From the NCBI GenBank assembly GCA_964503465.1, contig CAZCYZ010000001.1, positions 129,702 through 193,701 on the forward strand: DNA of 64,000 nt. The letters are read 5' to 3'. The notes under the pieces were generated by a model. The model searched no databases and was not told the DNA's origin. It saw nothing but the letters and a program-made list of their open reading frames with translations. The stretch's first letter is position 1, and every line of letters starts with the position of its first letter. This DNA comes from an uncultured Gammaproteobacteria bacterium (GTDB lineage: Bacteria > Patescibacteriota > Microgenomatia > UBA12405). Shown here piece by piece: positions 28,711-38,862 of the stretch. A program made the position numbers and the translations under genes.

Positions 28711-29448
28711 ATGCCAGATCTAACTCAACGACAAATCAAAATTCTCAAGTGTATTGCCGAGGAATTTATCAATTCCGCTGAACCAGTTGGTTCAGAAACA
28801 CTGGAAAGAAAATACAACCTAGGAATTTCCTCTGCTACCATCCGAAATGAAATGTCAGCCTTAACTCAGTTAGGGTTTCTTAAAAAAGGCCATCTTTCTG
28901 CCGGCCGTAGTCCTACCTCGATGGGCCTTAAATATTATGTTAGAAATCTTTTGGTCCCAAAAAACTTAACCGTTACCGAAGAAGTTGGTGTCAAAGAAAA
29001 AGTTTGGGACTATAGAAATGAGTTTGAAAAACTTATTAAGGAATCAACTCGAGAACTAGCTAATCGTTGTCGTGGTATGGCTATTGCCACCACTGATCAA
29101 GGCTCCCTCTTTTGCTATGGTGCTAGCAATTTACTGGAGGAGCCAGAATTTTACAATATTGATGTTACCAAGACTGTTCTTTCTCTGATTGATAACGTCA
29201 ACTATTGGTTTGAAATGGTCAACAAATCTGGTCCACATGACCCTAATTCTGCCGAAATAGTTCACCTTCTTATTGGTGAAGACCTGGGAATGGAACATCT
29301 CGAACCATGCGGTTTTATTTATCAACATTACCAATCTGGTCCTCATCATGGCATTATGGGGGTTGTTGGCCCAGCCAGACTTCACTACCAAACAGTTATT
29401 CCCTTGGTTGACTACTTTGCTCAATTGCTTTCCACTATTAGCCGTTAA
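28711..29448 (+). CDS. hrcA: Heat-inducible transcription repressor HrcA (short form)
   Basis: N-terminal winged-helix region EPVGSETLERKYNLGISSATIRNEMSALTQLGFL, position ahead of grpE-dnaK-dnaJ. Confidence 0.75.
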   Translation: MPDLTQRQIKILKCIAEEFINSAEPVGSETLERKYNLGISSATIRNEMSALTQLGFLKKGHLSAGRSPTSMGLKYYVRNLLVPKNLTVTEEVGVKEKVWDYRNEFEKLIKESTRELANRCRGMAIATTDQGSLFCYGASNLLEEPEFYNIDVTKTVLSLIDNVNYWFEMVNKSGPHDPNSAEIVHLLIGEDLGMEHLEPCGFIYQHYQSGPHHGIMGVVGPARLHYQTVIPLVDYFAQLLSTISR

Positions 29449-29922
29449 TTGTCTATGACCACCAAGAAAAAATCCACTACCAACAATCAACATCTTGAGC
29501 TTCAAACACAAATTAATAGTCTTCGTGACCAGTTGGCACGATCTTTAGCTGATTATTCCAACCTCGAAAAACGAGTCGATAGTCAGCGACAATTAATTGC
29601 TACTCTCGCCTCGGCTACCATTGTTACCAAGATGGTCGAAGTCCTCGATGATCTTTATCTTGCTCAAGACCATCTCCGCAACCCAGGTCTCCAAATTGCC
29701 GTCGACAAATTATTAAACATCCTTAAGTCCGAAGGACTGGTCGAAATCAACGCTATCAATCAGCCTTTTGATCCAGAAACCATGGACTGTGTCGAAGTAT
29801 CTATTGGACCACAAGACCAAGTAACTGAGGTCAAAAAGAAAGGTTATCTTCTCAATAACCATTGTCTTCGTCCTGCCAAGGTCGTGGTTGGCAAAGAAGA
29901 TGCTCCAAACAAAAAATTATAA
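29449..29922 (+). CDS. grpE: Nucleotide exchange factor GrpE
   Basis: Coiled-coil N-terminus plus C-terminal beta domain. Position between hrcA and dnaK. Confidence 0.8.
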   Translation: MSMTTKKKSTTNNQHLELQTQINSLRDQLARSLADYSNLEKRVDSQRQLIATLASATIVTKMVEVLDDLYLAQDHLRNPGLQIAVDKLLNILKSEGLVEINAINQPFDPETMDCVEVSIGPQDQVTEVKKKGYLLNNHCLRPAKVVVGKEDAPNKKL

Positions 29923-29939
29923 GTTTTAAATTAAATAAT

Positions 29940-31847
29940 ATGTCAACTAACAAAATCATTGGTATCGATTTAGGTACCACCAACTCTTGTGTCGCTGTTA
30001 TGGAAGGTGGTACTCCAAAAGTAATTCTTACTTCGGAGGGCCGCAATATCATTCCTTCGGTGGTTGAACCAATCAAAAAATTAGTTGGTGATCTGGCCAA
30101 AAGGCAAATGGTCCTTAATCCCGAAAATACCATCTATAGTATCAAACGTCTTATGGGTCGACGTATTGATGACGAACAGGTCAAGAAAACCCAAAAGATT
30201 GCCCCCTACAAAATTGTTGCCGGTAAGGACAACATGGCTGCTGTTGATATCAACGGTAAAATTTATACACCTCAAGAAATTTCAGCCATGATTCTTCAAA
30301 AAGCCAAAACTGATGCTGAAAAATACCTTGGTGACAAAGTTACCGATGCCGTCATTACTGTTCCAGCCTATTTTGATGATTCTCAACGCCAGGCTACTAA
30401 ACAAGCCGGCGAAATCGCTGGGCTTAAAGTTCAAAGAATTGTCAATGAACCTACTGCTTCCGCTCTAGCCTATGGTCTTGACAAGAAGAAAAAAGGTATT
30501 GTTGCTGTTTATGATCTTGGTGGTGGAACTTTTGATATTTCCATTCTTGAAATCGGCGACGGTGTTTTTGAAGTTAAAGCTACCAATGGTGACACCTTTC
30601 TTGGCGGTGATGATTTTGATCAGAAAATTATTAATTGGCTTTTGGATAGTTTTCAAAAAGACCATGGAGTTGATCTAACCAAAGATCCTCAGGCCCTTCA
30701 ACGTATTCGTGAGGCTGCTGAGAAGGCCAAAATTGAGTTAAGTAGTACCGTTGAGACCGAAATTAACCTTCCTTTTATTACCCAAAAAGATGGTCAACCG
30801 CTTCATTTAACCGTCAAACTGACCCGAGCTGAGTTGGAGAAAATGGTTGATGATTTAATTCAAAAAACCATCAAACCAGTTGAATTGTGCCTCAAAGATG
30901 CGGGTATCTCCAAAGGTGAGGTCACCGACGTTATTATGGTTGGTGGTATGACCCGAATGCCCAAAGTTCTTGAGGTTGTCAAAGACTTTTTTGGTAAAGA
31001 TCCCAATACTAGTGTTAATCCTGATGAGGTCGTCGCTGTTGGTGCCGCCGTTCAGGGAGCTGTTCTTTCCGGCGACGTCAAAGATATTGTTCTTCTTGAC
31101 GTCACTCCTCTTACCTTGGGTATCGAAACTGCTGGTGGAGTCCGTACTCCTCTAATTGATCGCAACACTACTGTCCCGACCAAAAAATCTCAAGTATTTA
31201 CCACCTATTCTGACAACCAGCCTCAAGTTGAGGTTAACGTTCTTCAGGGTGAACGTCCCATGGCTGTCGACAACAAATCACTTGGCCGGTTCATTCTTGA
31301 TGGTATTGCTCCAGCTCCGCGTGGCATGCCCCAAATTGAAGTCACTTTTGACATCGACAGTAACGGTATTCTTTCGGTGTCAGCCAAAGATAAAGGCACC
31401 GGCAAAGAGCAAAAGATTACCATTCAAAATGCCACCAACCTCTCCGAGGAAGAAGTCGAAAAAATGCGCAAAGACGCCGAATCCCATGCCAATGATGACG
31501 AGGTCAAGCGCCTTTTGGCTGAAAGTCGGAACCGTCTTGATGCCACCATCTTCAGTGCCGAAAAAACCCTCAAAGACTTTGCTGATAAAGTTAAGCCAGA
31601 AGATAAGTCAAAAATTGAGGACAAGGTTAAAGAAGCCAAGGAACTTCTTGTCAAAACTGACGCCAGCAAAGAGGATTTTAACAAAACTAGTGATGAATTG
31701 TCTCAAATCCTCCAGGTTGTCGGTCAGGCGGTTTATCAACAGCAAACTCCTCCGCCAACTGGTGAGCAACAATCCACGTCGGAAGAACCAAAAACCGATA
31801 CTAAAACCGACACCAAAACCGCCGAAGAAGGGGAAATTGTTAAATAA
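29940..31847 (+). CDS. dnaK: Chaperone DnaK (Hsp70)
   Basis: [42 protein letters not shown]. The ORF-track extension from 29862 is rejected. Confidence 0.95.
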   Translation: MSTNKIIGIDLGTTNSCVAVMEGGTPKVILTSEGRNIIPSVVEPIKKLVGDLAKRQMVLNPENTIYSIKRLMGRRIDDEQVKKTQKIAPYKIVAGKDNMAAVDINGKIYTPQEISAMILQKAKTDAEKYLGDKVTDAVITVPAYFDDSQRQATKQAGEIAGLKVQRIVNEPTASALAYGLDKKKKGIVAVYDLGGGTFDISILEIGDGVFEVKATNGDTFLGGDDFDQKIINWLLDSFQKDHGVDLTKDPQALQRIREAAEKAKIELSSTVETEINLPFITQKDGQPLHLTVKLTRAELEKMVDDLIQKTIKPVELCLKDAGISKGEVTDVIMVGGMTRMPKVLEVVKDFFGKDPNTSVNPDEVVAVGAAVQGAVLSGDVKDIVLLDVTPLTLGIETAGGVRTPLIDRNTTVPTKKSQVFTTYSDNQPQVEVNVLQGERPMAVDNKSLGRFILDGIAPAPRGMPQIEVTFDIDSNGILSVSAKDKGTGKEQKITIQNATNLSEEEVEKMRKDAESHANDDEVKRLLAESRNRLDATIFSAEKTLKDFADKVKPEDKSKIEDKVKEAKELLVKTDASKEDFNKTSDELSQILQVVGQAVYQQQTPPPTGEQQSTSEEPKTDTKTDTKTAEEGEIVK

Positions 31848-31867
31848 AATTAATTTTTATATTGGTA

Positions 31868-31888
31868 GGGCGGACCTCGTGTCCGCCC
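31868..31888 (+). terminator. GC-rich perfect hairpin (GGGCGGAC-ctcgt-GTCCGCCC) between dnaK and dnaJ without a strong U-tract. Putative intra-operon attenuator or processing/stability element.
   Basis: 8-bp perfect stem seen directly in the dnaK-dnaJ spacer, 14 nt before the dnaJ ATG. Confidence 0.3.
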
Positions 31889-31901
31889 GTTATGATATCA
31901 G

Positions 31902-32768
31902 ATGAAACGCGATTATTACGAAGTTTTGGGGGTCAACAAATCTGCCTCAACGGCAGACATCAAATCGGCCTATCGCAAAAAAGCCATGGAATGGCATCCT
32001 GATCGCAACAAGTCCACCGATGCTGAAGAAAAATTCAAGGAAATCAACGAAGCTTATGAAATTTTAAGTAATAGTCAAAAGAAGCAGGCCTACGACCAAT
32101 TCGGTCATGCTGCTTTTGACCCATCTTCTGGAGCCTCTGGTGGTCACACCTATACCGACCGCAGTGGCCCTTTCACCTACACCTGGAGTAGTGGTGGTCA
32201 AAACCCATTCGGCGGTAATGCTGACTTTGATTTTGGAGGTTTTAGCAATCCTTTTGATATTTTCGAACAATTCTTTGGTACTGGCGGCTTCCAATATGGT
32301 GGCCGTCAACAAAAACGTCTTGCTACCTACAAAATTCAACTTACTTTTCTTGAAGCTGCCAAGGGTTGCGACAAAGAAGTCGAGATCGACGGTAAACGCA
32401 AAACTATCAAAATACCTGCCGGAGTTGATGATGGCCAACGAATTAAATTTACTGACTTTATCCTTTATGTTGACGTCATTCCTGACAATATTTTCAAACG
32501 TGACGGCAACGATGTTTACATCAACCAAATTATTAGTTTTTCTACTGCAGTCCTTGGGGCCGATATCGAAGTTCCTACCCTCAATGGTTCTCTCAAAGTT
32601 CGAGTCAAACCAGGCACTCAACCCAACACTCTGATTCGCCTTCAGTCAAAAGGTATTCGTGACGTCAATGGTTATGGATACGGTGATTTCTATATCAGAT
32701 TGATCGTTGAAGTCCCCACCCGTCTCTCTTCTCGTCAGAAAGAATTGCTAAAAGAGCTCGAGTTGTAA
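31902..32768 (+). CDS. dnaJ: Co-chaperone DnaJ (J domain, G/F-rich region and C-terminal domain, no CxxCxGxG zinc finger)
   Basis: DYYEVLGV...HPDRN J domain with HPD, Gly/Phe-rich linker, C-terminal substrate-binding domain. Confidence 0.85.
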   Translation: MKRDYYEVLGVNKSASTADIKSAYRKKAMEWHPDRNKSTDAEEKFKEINEAYEILSNSQKKQAYDQFGHAAFDPSSGASGGHTYTDRSGPFTYTWSSGGQNPFGGNADFDFGGFSNPFDIFEQFFGTGGFQYGGRQQKRLATYKIQLTFLEAAKGCDKEVEIDGKRKTIKIPAGVDDGQRIKFTDFILYVDVIPDNIFKRDGNDVYINQIISFSTAVLGADIEVPTLNGSLKVRVKPGTQPNTLIRLQSKGIRDVNGYGYGDFYIRLIVEVPTRLSSRQKELLKELEL

Positions 32769-32802
32769 TATAATACCCTAGCACTATTAATTGGTATCAC
32801 TC

Positions 32803-32830
32803 AAAGGGGCTGTGGACGGCCCCTTTTTTA
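32803..32830 (+). terminator. Rho-independent terminator after dnaJ
   Basis: AAAGGGGC-tgtggac-GGCCCCTTTTTT stem-loop followed by a T-run. Confidence 0.6.
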
Positions 32831-32836
32831 ATAAAA

Positions 32837-33835
32837 ATGGATCTTAGAAAGTTACCAAAAACCGAGTTTGCCGCCGCCGTCGCTCAAATTGCCGGCGAAC
32901 GCAACATTGATGTTCAGTCTATCCTTGATTCTATTGAGTTAGGTTTAATTTCTGCCTATAAACGTGACCAGAAAGAACACGGGATTATTATCCCCGATGA
33001 AGATCAGTTTGAGGCTGAATTAAGCCCTGAAACTGGTTCATTTAAAGTTTTTAAAATTGAAGCCAAAAAACGTATTGATGTTACTCCTCCTGGTTTTGGT
33101 CGTATTGCTGCTCAAACAGCCAAACAAGTTATTGACCAAAAAATTCATGAAGCCGAAAAGGCGGTCATCATTACCGAATACCAAAAGAAAATCGGCACCC
33201 TTCTACCTGGTTCCGTTCTCAAGGCTGACCCACACAAATTAACCGTCGGTATTGGTAAAACTGAAGGAGTTTGTCCTCGGGACGAGCAGATAAAAGGGGA
33301 GATTCTTCCCATTGGCGCTCGTAAGCTTTTTTTGCTTCGAGCCATCGTTGTTGATCCTGAAACCGGTAGAAGCGATATCGTCCTTTCACGTCGCGATCCC
33401 GAGTTTATTAAGGAACTATTTGCCCGAGAAGTTCCCGAAGTTGGTAATCGCGGAGTCATTGTTGAGGCTATCGCTCGTGAAGCAGGAGAACGAACAAAGA
33501 TTGCCGTTTCATCTTCCCAGCCGGGTATTGATCCAGTTGGTTCCTGTATCGGTCAAAAAGGCTCACGAATTCAAGCGGTTCTAAATGAACTGCCCCAGTC
33601 GGAGAAAGTTGACGTTGTTCTTTATTCTAAAAATTCAAATCAATTTATCATCAACGCTCTATCTCCCGCCCAAAACGCCAAAGTAGTTTCGGTCACCAAT
33701 GGTGTTGCTGTTGTTGTCGTCCCCGAAGACCAACTAGCTCTAGCTATTGGGGCCGGTGGTGAGAATGTCCGTTTGGCTGGTATCTTGACCAATACCGACA
33801 TCAAAGTTCGATCGGAAAACGAAACTGTCAAATAA
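32837..33835 (+). CDS. nusA: Transcription termination/antitermination factor NusA (core, no C-terminal AR domains)
   Basis: S1 and tandem KH regions (IAVSSSQPGIDPVGSCIGQKGSRIQAV...GAGGENVRLAG) align with NusA. Confidence 0.85.
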   Translation: MDLRKLPKTEFAAAVAQIAGERNIDVQSILDSIELGLISAYKRDQKEHGIIIPDEDQFEAELSPETGSFKVFKIEAKKRIDVTPPGFGRIAAQTAKQVIDQKIHEAEKAVIITEYQKKIGTLLPGSVLKADPHKLTVGIGKTEGVCPRDEQIKGEILPIGARKLFLLRAIVVDPETGRSDIVLSRRDPEFIKELFAREVPEVGNRGVIVEAIAREAGERTKIAVSSSQPGIDPVGSCIGQKGSRIQAVLNELPQSEKVDVVLYSKNSNQFIINALSPAQNAKVVSVTNGVAVVVVPEDQLALAIGAGGENVRLAGILTNTDIKVRSENETVK

Positions 33836-33853
33836 CATTCCGGTTTTAAAAAT

Positions 33854-35311
33854 ATGTCCCAAGATTTACCTACCACCAAATTCCGCCCACCTATTGTAGC
33901 CGTCATGGGCCATATTGATCACGGCAAAACTAGCCTACTGGACCGCATTCGTTGCGCCAACGTTGCTGCTCGTGAGGCTGGTGGCATTACCCAACATATA
34001 TCTGCCTATCAAGTCGTAATTAAAACCAAAAAAAATAAAACCGGTATCATCACTTTCATCGATACTCCAGGTCACGCCGCTTTTTGCCAGATGCGTTCTC
34101 GCGGAGCCCTAACCACCGATTTGGTTGTTCTGGTAATCTCGGCCATCGATGGTGTCATGGCTCAAACCAGGGAGTGCATTGACCAAATAAAAAAAGCCAA
34201 TCTTCCAGTAATCGTTGTTGCCAACAAAGTTGATCTCTCTGGTATTCAGATGGAAAAAGTTAAGGGTCAATTAGTTGAGCTCGGATTAACTCCCGAAGAG
34301 TATGGTGGTCAAGTGCCCTTAATTTCTACTTCAGCCAAAACCGGTGAAGGTGTTGACGATCTGCTTGAATCCATTCTACTTCATGCCGAGGTTATGGAAC
34401 TAAAAAATGAACCACAATCACCACTCGAAGCGGTGGTTATCGAATCAAAACTTGATAAAAACCGGGGTCCAGTTGCCTTGGTCATTATCAAAAAAGGCAC
34501 TCTGTCAATCGGTGACCAGGTTTATTCCGACCAAATTGCTGGTAAAGTTAAAGCACTCTTCTCCCCCGACGGCAAGGCCATCAGTCAGGCCACACCCAGT
34601 TGTCCAGTTGAAATTTTAGGTTTTGAATCAGTGCCAGCTGTTGGTAGTCTTATCACCGATCATTTAACGTCTCTCACCTCGACTCCTCCAACTTCCCCAA
34701 AAACCACTTCCACAGCCGACAGTACCGCTTCTACTTTAAAACTTCCAATTGTTCTCAAGGCTGATGTTCAGGGTACTCTCGAGGCAATTCTTAATAGTTT
34801 TTCCGACGATGTTAAGGTTATCCATGCTGGTGTCGGCCCGGTCTCCGATAATGACATATTTTTAGCCAAACCCGCCAATGCTCAGATTTTTGCTTTCAAT
34901 GTAGCCGTGCCTCGGTTTATCCAGAATTTAGCCGACAACGAAAAAGTTAAGATTTTCCCCACTAAAATCATTTATGAAATTATCGAGACAGTTCAGAATC
35001 AAGTTCTTAAAATGCTTGAACCCACTATCGACGAAACCATACTTGGTCAGGCAACCGTCATCGCTGAATTTAATATCAATAAGGTTAGGATTGCCGGTAT
35101 CAAATGCACCAAAGGCGAGCTTAAGCCCGGTGACTCTGTCCACCTCAAGCGGGACGACAAAATCATCAAGGATACCAAGATAGAAGGCATCCGCCTTCAC
35201 AAAGACAGCGTCGACAAAGCTAAGGCTGGCCTCGAGTATGGAATCACCTTTAGACCTTATGTTGACTTTAAGTTAAACGATGTTATAATAGCCTATAAGG
35301 TTGAGAAATGA
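33854..35311 (+). CDS. infB: Translation initiation factor IF-2 (short form lacking N-terminal domains)
   Basis: G domain VAVMGHIDHGKTSLLD, DTPGH, NKVD, plus the C-terminal beta-barrel domains. Confidence 0.9.
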   Translation: MSQDLPTTKFRPPIVAVMGHIDHGKTSLLDRIRCANVAAREAGGITQHISAYQVVIKTKKNKTGIITFIDTPGHAAFCQMRSRGALTTDLVVLVISAIDGVMAQTRECIDQIKKANLPVIVVANKVDLSGIQMEKVKGQLVELGLTPEEYGGQVPLISTSAKTGEGVDDLLESILLHAEVMELKNEPQSPLEAVVIESKLDKNRGPVALVIIKKGTLSIGDQVYSDQIAGKVKALFSPDGKAISQATPSCPVEILGFESVPAVGSLITDHLTSLTSTPPTSPKTTSTADSTASTLKLPIVLKADVQGTLEAILNSFSDDVKVIHAGVGPVSDNDIFLAKPANAQIFAFNVAVPRFIQNLADNEKVKIFPTKIIYEIIETVQNQVLKMLEPTIDETILGQATVIAEFNINKVRIAGIKCTKGELKPGDSVHLKRDDKIIKDTKIEGIRLHKDSVDKAKAGLEYGITFRPYVDFKLNDVIIAYKVEK

Positions 35312-36177
35312 GCAGGTTAGCTAGTACCTTGTTTAACTCAACCCCACCGATCAATAATCAATTCGAAAGCAGGTCGAATATGAAAAACTACAATGTCAGT
35401 CAAATTAAACCCCTTCTTGCTCAGGCTAAATCTGCCCTGGTCGTTGTTCCTCAACTAAGTGTCGATAGTGTCGGCGCCGCTCTGGCCCTTGCCTTAGGTC
35501 TAAAGAAAAATAATCTCGAAGTTAAAGTTTATTGTCCACAAAAAACTGACAATAACTATTCCAAACTCAGTGGTCTTGACCTTTTGACCGACAGTATCAG
35601 CCTCAACGACTTGGTAGTTTCTCTAGATTATCCGGTTGATCAAATCGAGCAGGTCTCCTATAACGATGACGGTGGTCATCTTAACCTGGTGGTCAAAACC
35701 AAATCAGGTGCCCCAAAAGTTGAAAATAATCAGATTCTTATTAACAATCAATCCTCTTCTGCCGACCTTTGTTTTATTCTGGGCGATGAAACTGGCTTGG
35801 GGGTCAATTCCTCTATGATCAACAAAGGTAATTGGATTCTTATTTCCCCAATCGAAGTGACCAAAGCCTGGGCCAAAGCTTCCTTGATCGACCCAGATGC
35901 TCCTTATTCCGAAATCTTTACCTTTCTTTTGCCCATGCTCGGTTTGGAACTGGACATGGACACTGGCAAGAATCTGTTGATAGGGCTTCGGGTTGCCACC
36001 CAATCTTTTTCAGTCAATGTTTCTCCAGAAACATTTGAAGCTGGAGCTATCTGTCTTCGGGCAACTCAGCCAGAAGATAATCTAGCTTCACCCGAAACAA
36101 CTCCGATTCAAAATGTTGAAAAAACCGGTGGTATTGTCCCCGGTACCAACAAACCCAACCCCACTCCAACGATTTGA
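35308..36177 (+). CDS. Hypothetical protein, possibly a degenerate DHH-family (NrnA-like) protein
   Basis: Translationally coupled to infB (4-nt overlap). The VVVPQLSVDSVGAALALALGL region resembles DHH motif I but lacks the catalytic Asp/His residues. Occupies the position where rbfA/nrnA/truB usually follow infB. Confidence 0.3.
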   Translation: MSRLASTLFNSTPPINNQFESRSNMKNYNVSQIKPLLAQAKSALVVVPQLSVDSVGAALALALGLKKNNLEVKVYCPQKTDNNYSKLSGLDLLTDSISLNDLVVSLDYPVDQIEQVSYNDDGGHLNLVVKTKSGAPKVENNQILINNQSSSADLCFILGDETGLGVNSSMINKGNWILISPIEVTKAWAKASLIDPDAPYSEIFTFLLPMLGLELDMDTGKNLLIGLRVATQSFSVNVSPETFEAGAICLRATQPEDNLASPETTPIQNVEKTGGIVPGTNKPNPTPTI

Positions 36178-36272
36178 TGTAAAGTGCTAAAATAATCATG
36201 TGGTCAAGGTTAAACATCCGTTAGCCCGACTGGTAATTGCTTTTGATTTATTTCTTTTGGCTTTGTTCTTCT

Positions 36273-36302
36273 TTGTGAAAGTGGCCGGATTAATGCTATA
36301 AT
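36273..36302 (+). promoter_or_regulatory. Putative sigma70-type promoter for rpsO-pnp (TTGTGA-N18-TATAAT with TG-extended -10)
   Basis: Hexamers seen ~80 nt upstream of the rpsO ATG. Confidence 0.3.
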
Positions 36303-36379
36303 CCTCTCTGTTCACCTCAATCGGTATTTTGGTTGCCATTCCAAAATTAATTATTGCACCGATTAAGGCGATATAAACC

Positions 36380-36649
36380 ATGGCTCTATCCAAACAGGAC
36401 AAGCAGGACATTATTACCAAATTTTCTCAAGCTAAGGGTGATACCGGTTCTCCCGAAATTCAAGTCGCTATTCTTAGCCTTGAAATCACCAGGCTCCAGG
36501 AACATTTAGCCGCCAACAAACACGACTCACCGGCCAAACGTGGTCTATTAAGTAAAATTGCCAAACGTCGCCGATTATTACGTTATCTTTCTGCTCACAA
36601 TCCAGAACGTTACACCAAACTCACCAAAGACCTTGGTCTCAAGAAATAA
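36380..36649 (+). CDS. rpsO: 30S ribosomal protein S15
   Basis: 89 aa. Typical S15 sequence ending ...LSKIAKRRRLLRYL. Confidence 0.9.
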   Translation: MALSKQDKQDIITKFSQAKGDTGSPEIQVAILSLEITRLQEHLAANKHDSPAKRGLLSKIAKRRRLLRYLSAHNPERYTKLTKDLGLKK

Positions 36650-36675
36650 CAGCCTGGTATCTATATAATCAATCT

Positions 36676-38841
36676 ATGAACAAACAAACATTTGATATTT
36701 CTATTGGCAGTCAGGTTATCACTTTAACCACTGGCTACCTTGCTCCTCAAGCCACCGCTGGAGTGTTGGCCAAATCCGGCAACACTGTCGTTTTGGCCAC
36801 TGTGGTTATGGGTAAGGTCGATGAAACCAAAGATTATTTTCCCCTTTCAGTTGAATTTGCCGACAAGCTTTATGCTGGTGGTGTGATTAAAGGTGGCAAA
36901 TGGGTCAAACGCGAACTCAATCCATCAGACAATTCAATCCTCTTTGGTCGAATCATTGATCGTTCGGTTCGCCCTTTGTTCCCAGCTGATTTCCATCACG
37001 AGGTTCAAATCATTGTTACTGTTTTAAGTAATGACAAGGAAAATGACGTTATTGTCCCGGCTTTCTTGGCCGCTTCTACCGCTTTAAGTATCTCCAAGAT
37101 TCCTTTTAATGGTCCTGTATCCGCTATCCGTGTAGCCCAGGTTGATGGCAAACCAATCGTCGGTCCGACCTCGTCCACCCTCCAGTCATCAAAATTTGAT
37201 CTGCTCGTTTGTACTGGGGTTGCTGGCGTCAACATGATCGAGGCCAGTGCCGATATTGTTGACAACCAAACCATGTTAGATGCCATTACCCTAGCTAAGG
37301 AAACAGCTGATCAGGTTAACCAGCAAATTCAGGGGATTGTTGCCAAAATTGGTCAGGAAAAAGTTAAATACGAATCATATGCCCCATCAGACAAGTTATT
37401 GTCGGAAATTGAGAAATTTGTTAGCCAAGATCTAGTCGAGTTTTTCAAGAATGGTATGGATGGCAATCATCAAACTGCCGAGGAACTAATTATTGATAAA
37501 GTTCTAGAAAAATATCAAGCCCAAATAAAATCAGAAGAAATTACCAAAACCCAACTAATTTCTGCTGTTGATATCTTGGTCGGCCGATACTTTCGACAGC
37601 AAACTCTTGCTGGTCAGCGCTATGACAAGCGTCAATTTGACGAAATCAGACCACTTCACCTTGAAGTTGGAGTTCTTCCCTGTACTCACGGTAGTGCCCT
37701 CTTTCAACGCGGCCTGACTCAAGCCTTAACTACCACCACTCTTGGGCCTCTAGCCGACAAACAATATCTCGAAGACTCGATGGGTGAAACCACCAAGCGT
37801 TACCTTCACTATTATTCCGCTGCTCCTTTTTCTACAGGTCAAACCGGTCGCTTTGGCCGTCCTGGTCGACGGGAAATTGGCCATGGTGCCCTAGCCGAAA
37901 AAGCTCTTATACCAGTCATCCCTTCGGAAGATGACTTTCCTTACACTATCGTCTTGACGTCCGAAGTAATGTCTCAAAATGGCTCATCCTCTATGGCCTC
38001 TACTTGCGGCTCGACCCTTAGTCTTCTTGATGCTGGTGTTCCCATCAAGGACAAAGTTGCTGGCATCTCCGTTGGTATGATTTCCGACAATAGCGGTAAA
38101 TATATTCTGCTAACCGATATTGCCGGGATCGAAGATCATCATGGTGACATGGATTTCAAAATTACTGGTACCAAGAATGGCATTACTGCCATTCAGCTTG
38201 ACATCAAACGTCCCGGTTTGACTCTACCAATGATTGCCGACACTTTTGTTGCTAGCACCAAAGCCAGACTTCAAATCCTCGAAACGATTGAAAAAACCAT
38301 GCCTACCCCTCGTCCACAACTGTCTCCATTTGCTCCAAAAATTAAATTGGTCAAAATCCCAGAAGACAAAATTGGTGAGGTCATTGGATCAGGGGGCAAA
38401 ACTATCAAAGCTCTGATGGTCAAGTATGCAGTTCAAATCGATATTGACGATGATGGTCGGGCTTCAATCTCATCTCTTGACGAAACCAGTATTGCCAACG
38501 CTGCTTTTGAGATCGAATCCATGGTTAGAGATATTAATGTTGGTGAGGAGTTCGATGGTATTGTTACTCGCGTCGAAAACTTTGGTGCTTTCATTGAATT
38601 TTTGCCAGGCCGTGAGGCTCTACTGCATGTCTCTGAAATGAGTGGTGGATTTCTATCTGACCCATCGACCATCATCAAGGTTGGGGATCCAATCCATGTC
38701 AAAGTTTCTGGTTTTAACGACAACCACCAAATCAAATTATCTGCCCCAGCTTTTAAAGCCGCCCACCCTGGTCAACCCAGAAGCAATAATCCCAGTCGGG
38801 TCCAATTTTCCAAATTCTCTTCTCCTCGTCCCCATCGCTAA
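36676..38841 (+). CDS. pnp: Polyribonucleotide nucleotidyltransferase (PNPase)
   Basis: Two RNase PH domains, KH (KIGEVIGSGGKTIK) and S1 domains. Conserved rpsO-pnp synteny. Confidence 0.95.
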   Translation: MNKQTFDISIGSQVITLTTGYLAPQATAGVLAKSGNTVVLATVVMGKVDETKDYFPLSVEFADKLYAGGVIKGGKWVKRELNPSDNSILFGRIIDRSVRPLFPADFHHEVQIIVTVLSNDKENDVIVPAFLAASTALSISKIPFNGPVSAIRVAQVDGKPIVGPTSSTLQSSKFDLLVCTGVAGVNMIEASADIVDNQTMLDAITLAKETADQVNQQIQGIVAKIGQEKVKYESYAPSDKLLSEIEKFVSQDLVEFFKNGMDGNHQTAEELIIDKVLEKYQAQIKSEEITKTQLISAVDILVGRYFRQQTLAGQRYDKRQFDEIRPLHLEVGVLPCTHGSALFQRGLTQALTTTTLGPLADKQYLEDSMGETTKRYLHYYSAAPFSTGQTGRFGRPGRREIGHGALAEKALIPVIPSEDDFPYTIVLTSEVMSQNGSSSMASTCGSTLSLLDAGVPIKDKVAGISVGMISDNSGKYILLTDIAGIEDHHGDMDFKITGTKNGITAIQLDIKRPGLTLPMIADTFVASTKARLQILETIEKTMPTPRPQLSPFAPKIKLVKIPEDKIGEVIGSGGKTIKALMVKYAVQIDIDDDGRASISSLDETSIANAAFEIESMVRDINVGEEFDGIVTRVENFGAFIEFLPGREALLHVSEMSGGFLSDPSTIIKVGDPIHVKVSGFNDNHQIKLSAPAFKAAHPGQPRSNNPSRVQFSKFSSPRPHR

Positions 38842-38862
38842 AATTTTTGTATACTCTATCTA

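Noticed and set aside
31156-31905. 249-aa plus-strand ORF overlapping dnaK/dnaJ in another frame
   Set aside because: Lys/Arg/Pro-rich frame-shifted shadow of dnaK. dnaK is complete and conserved in its own frame.
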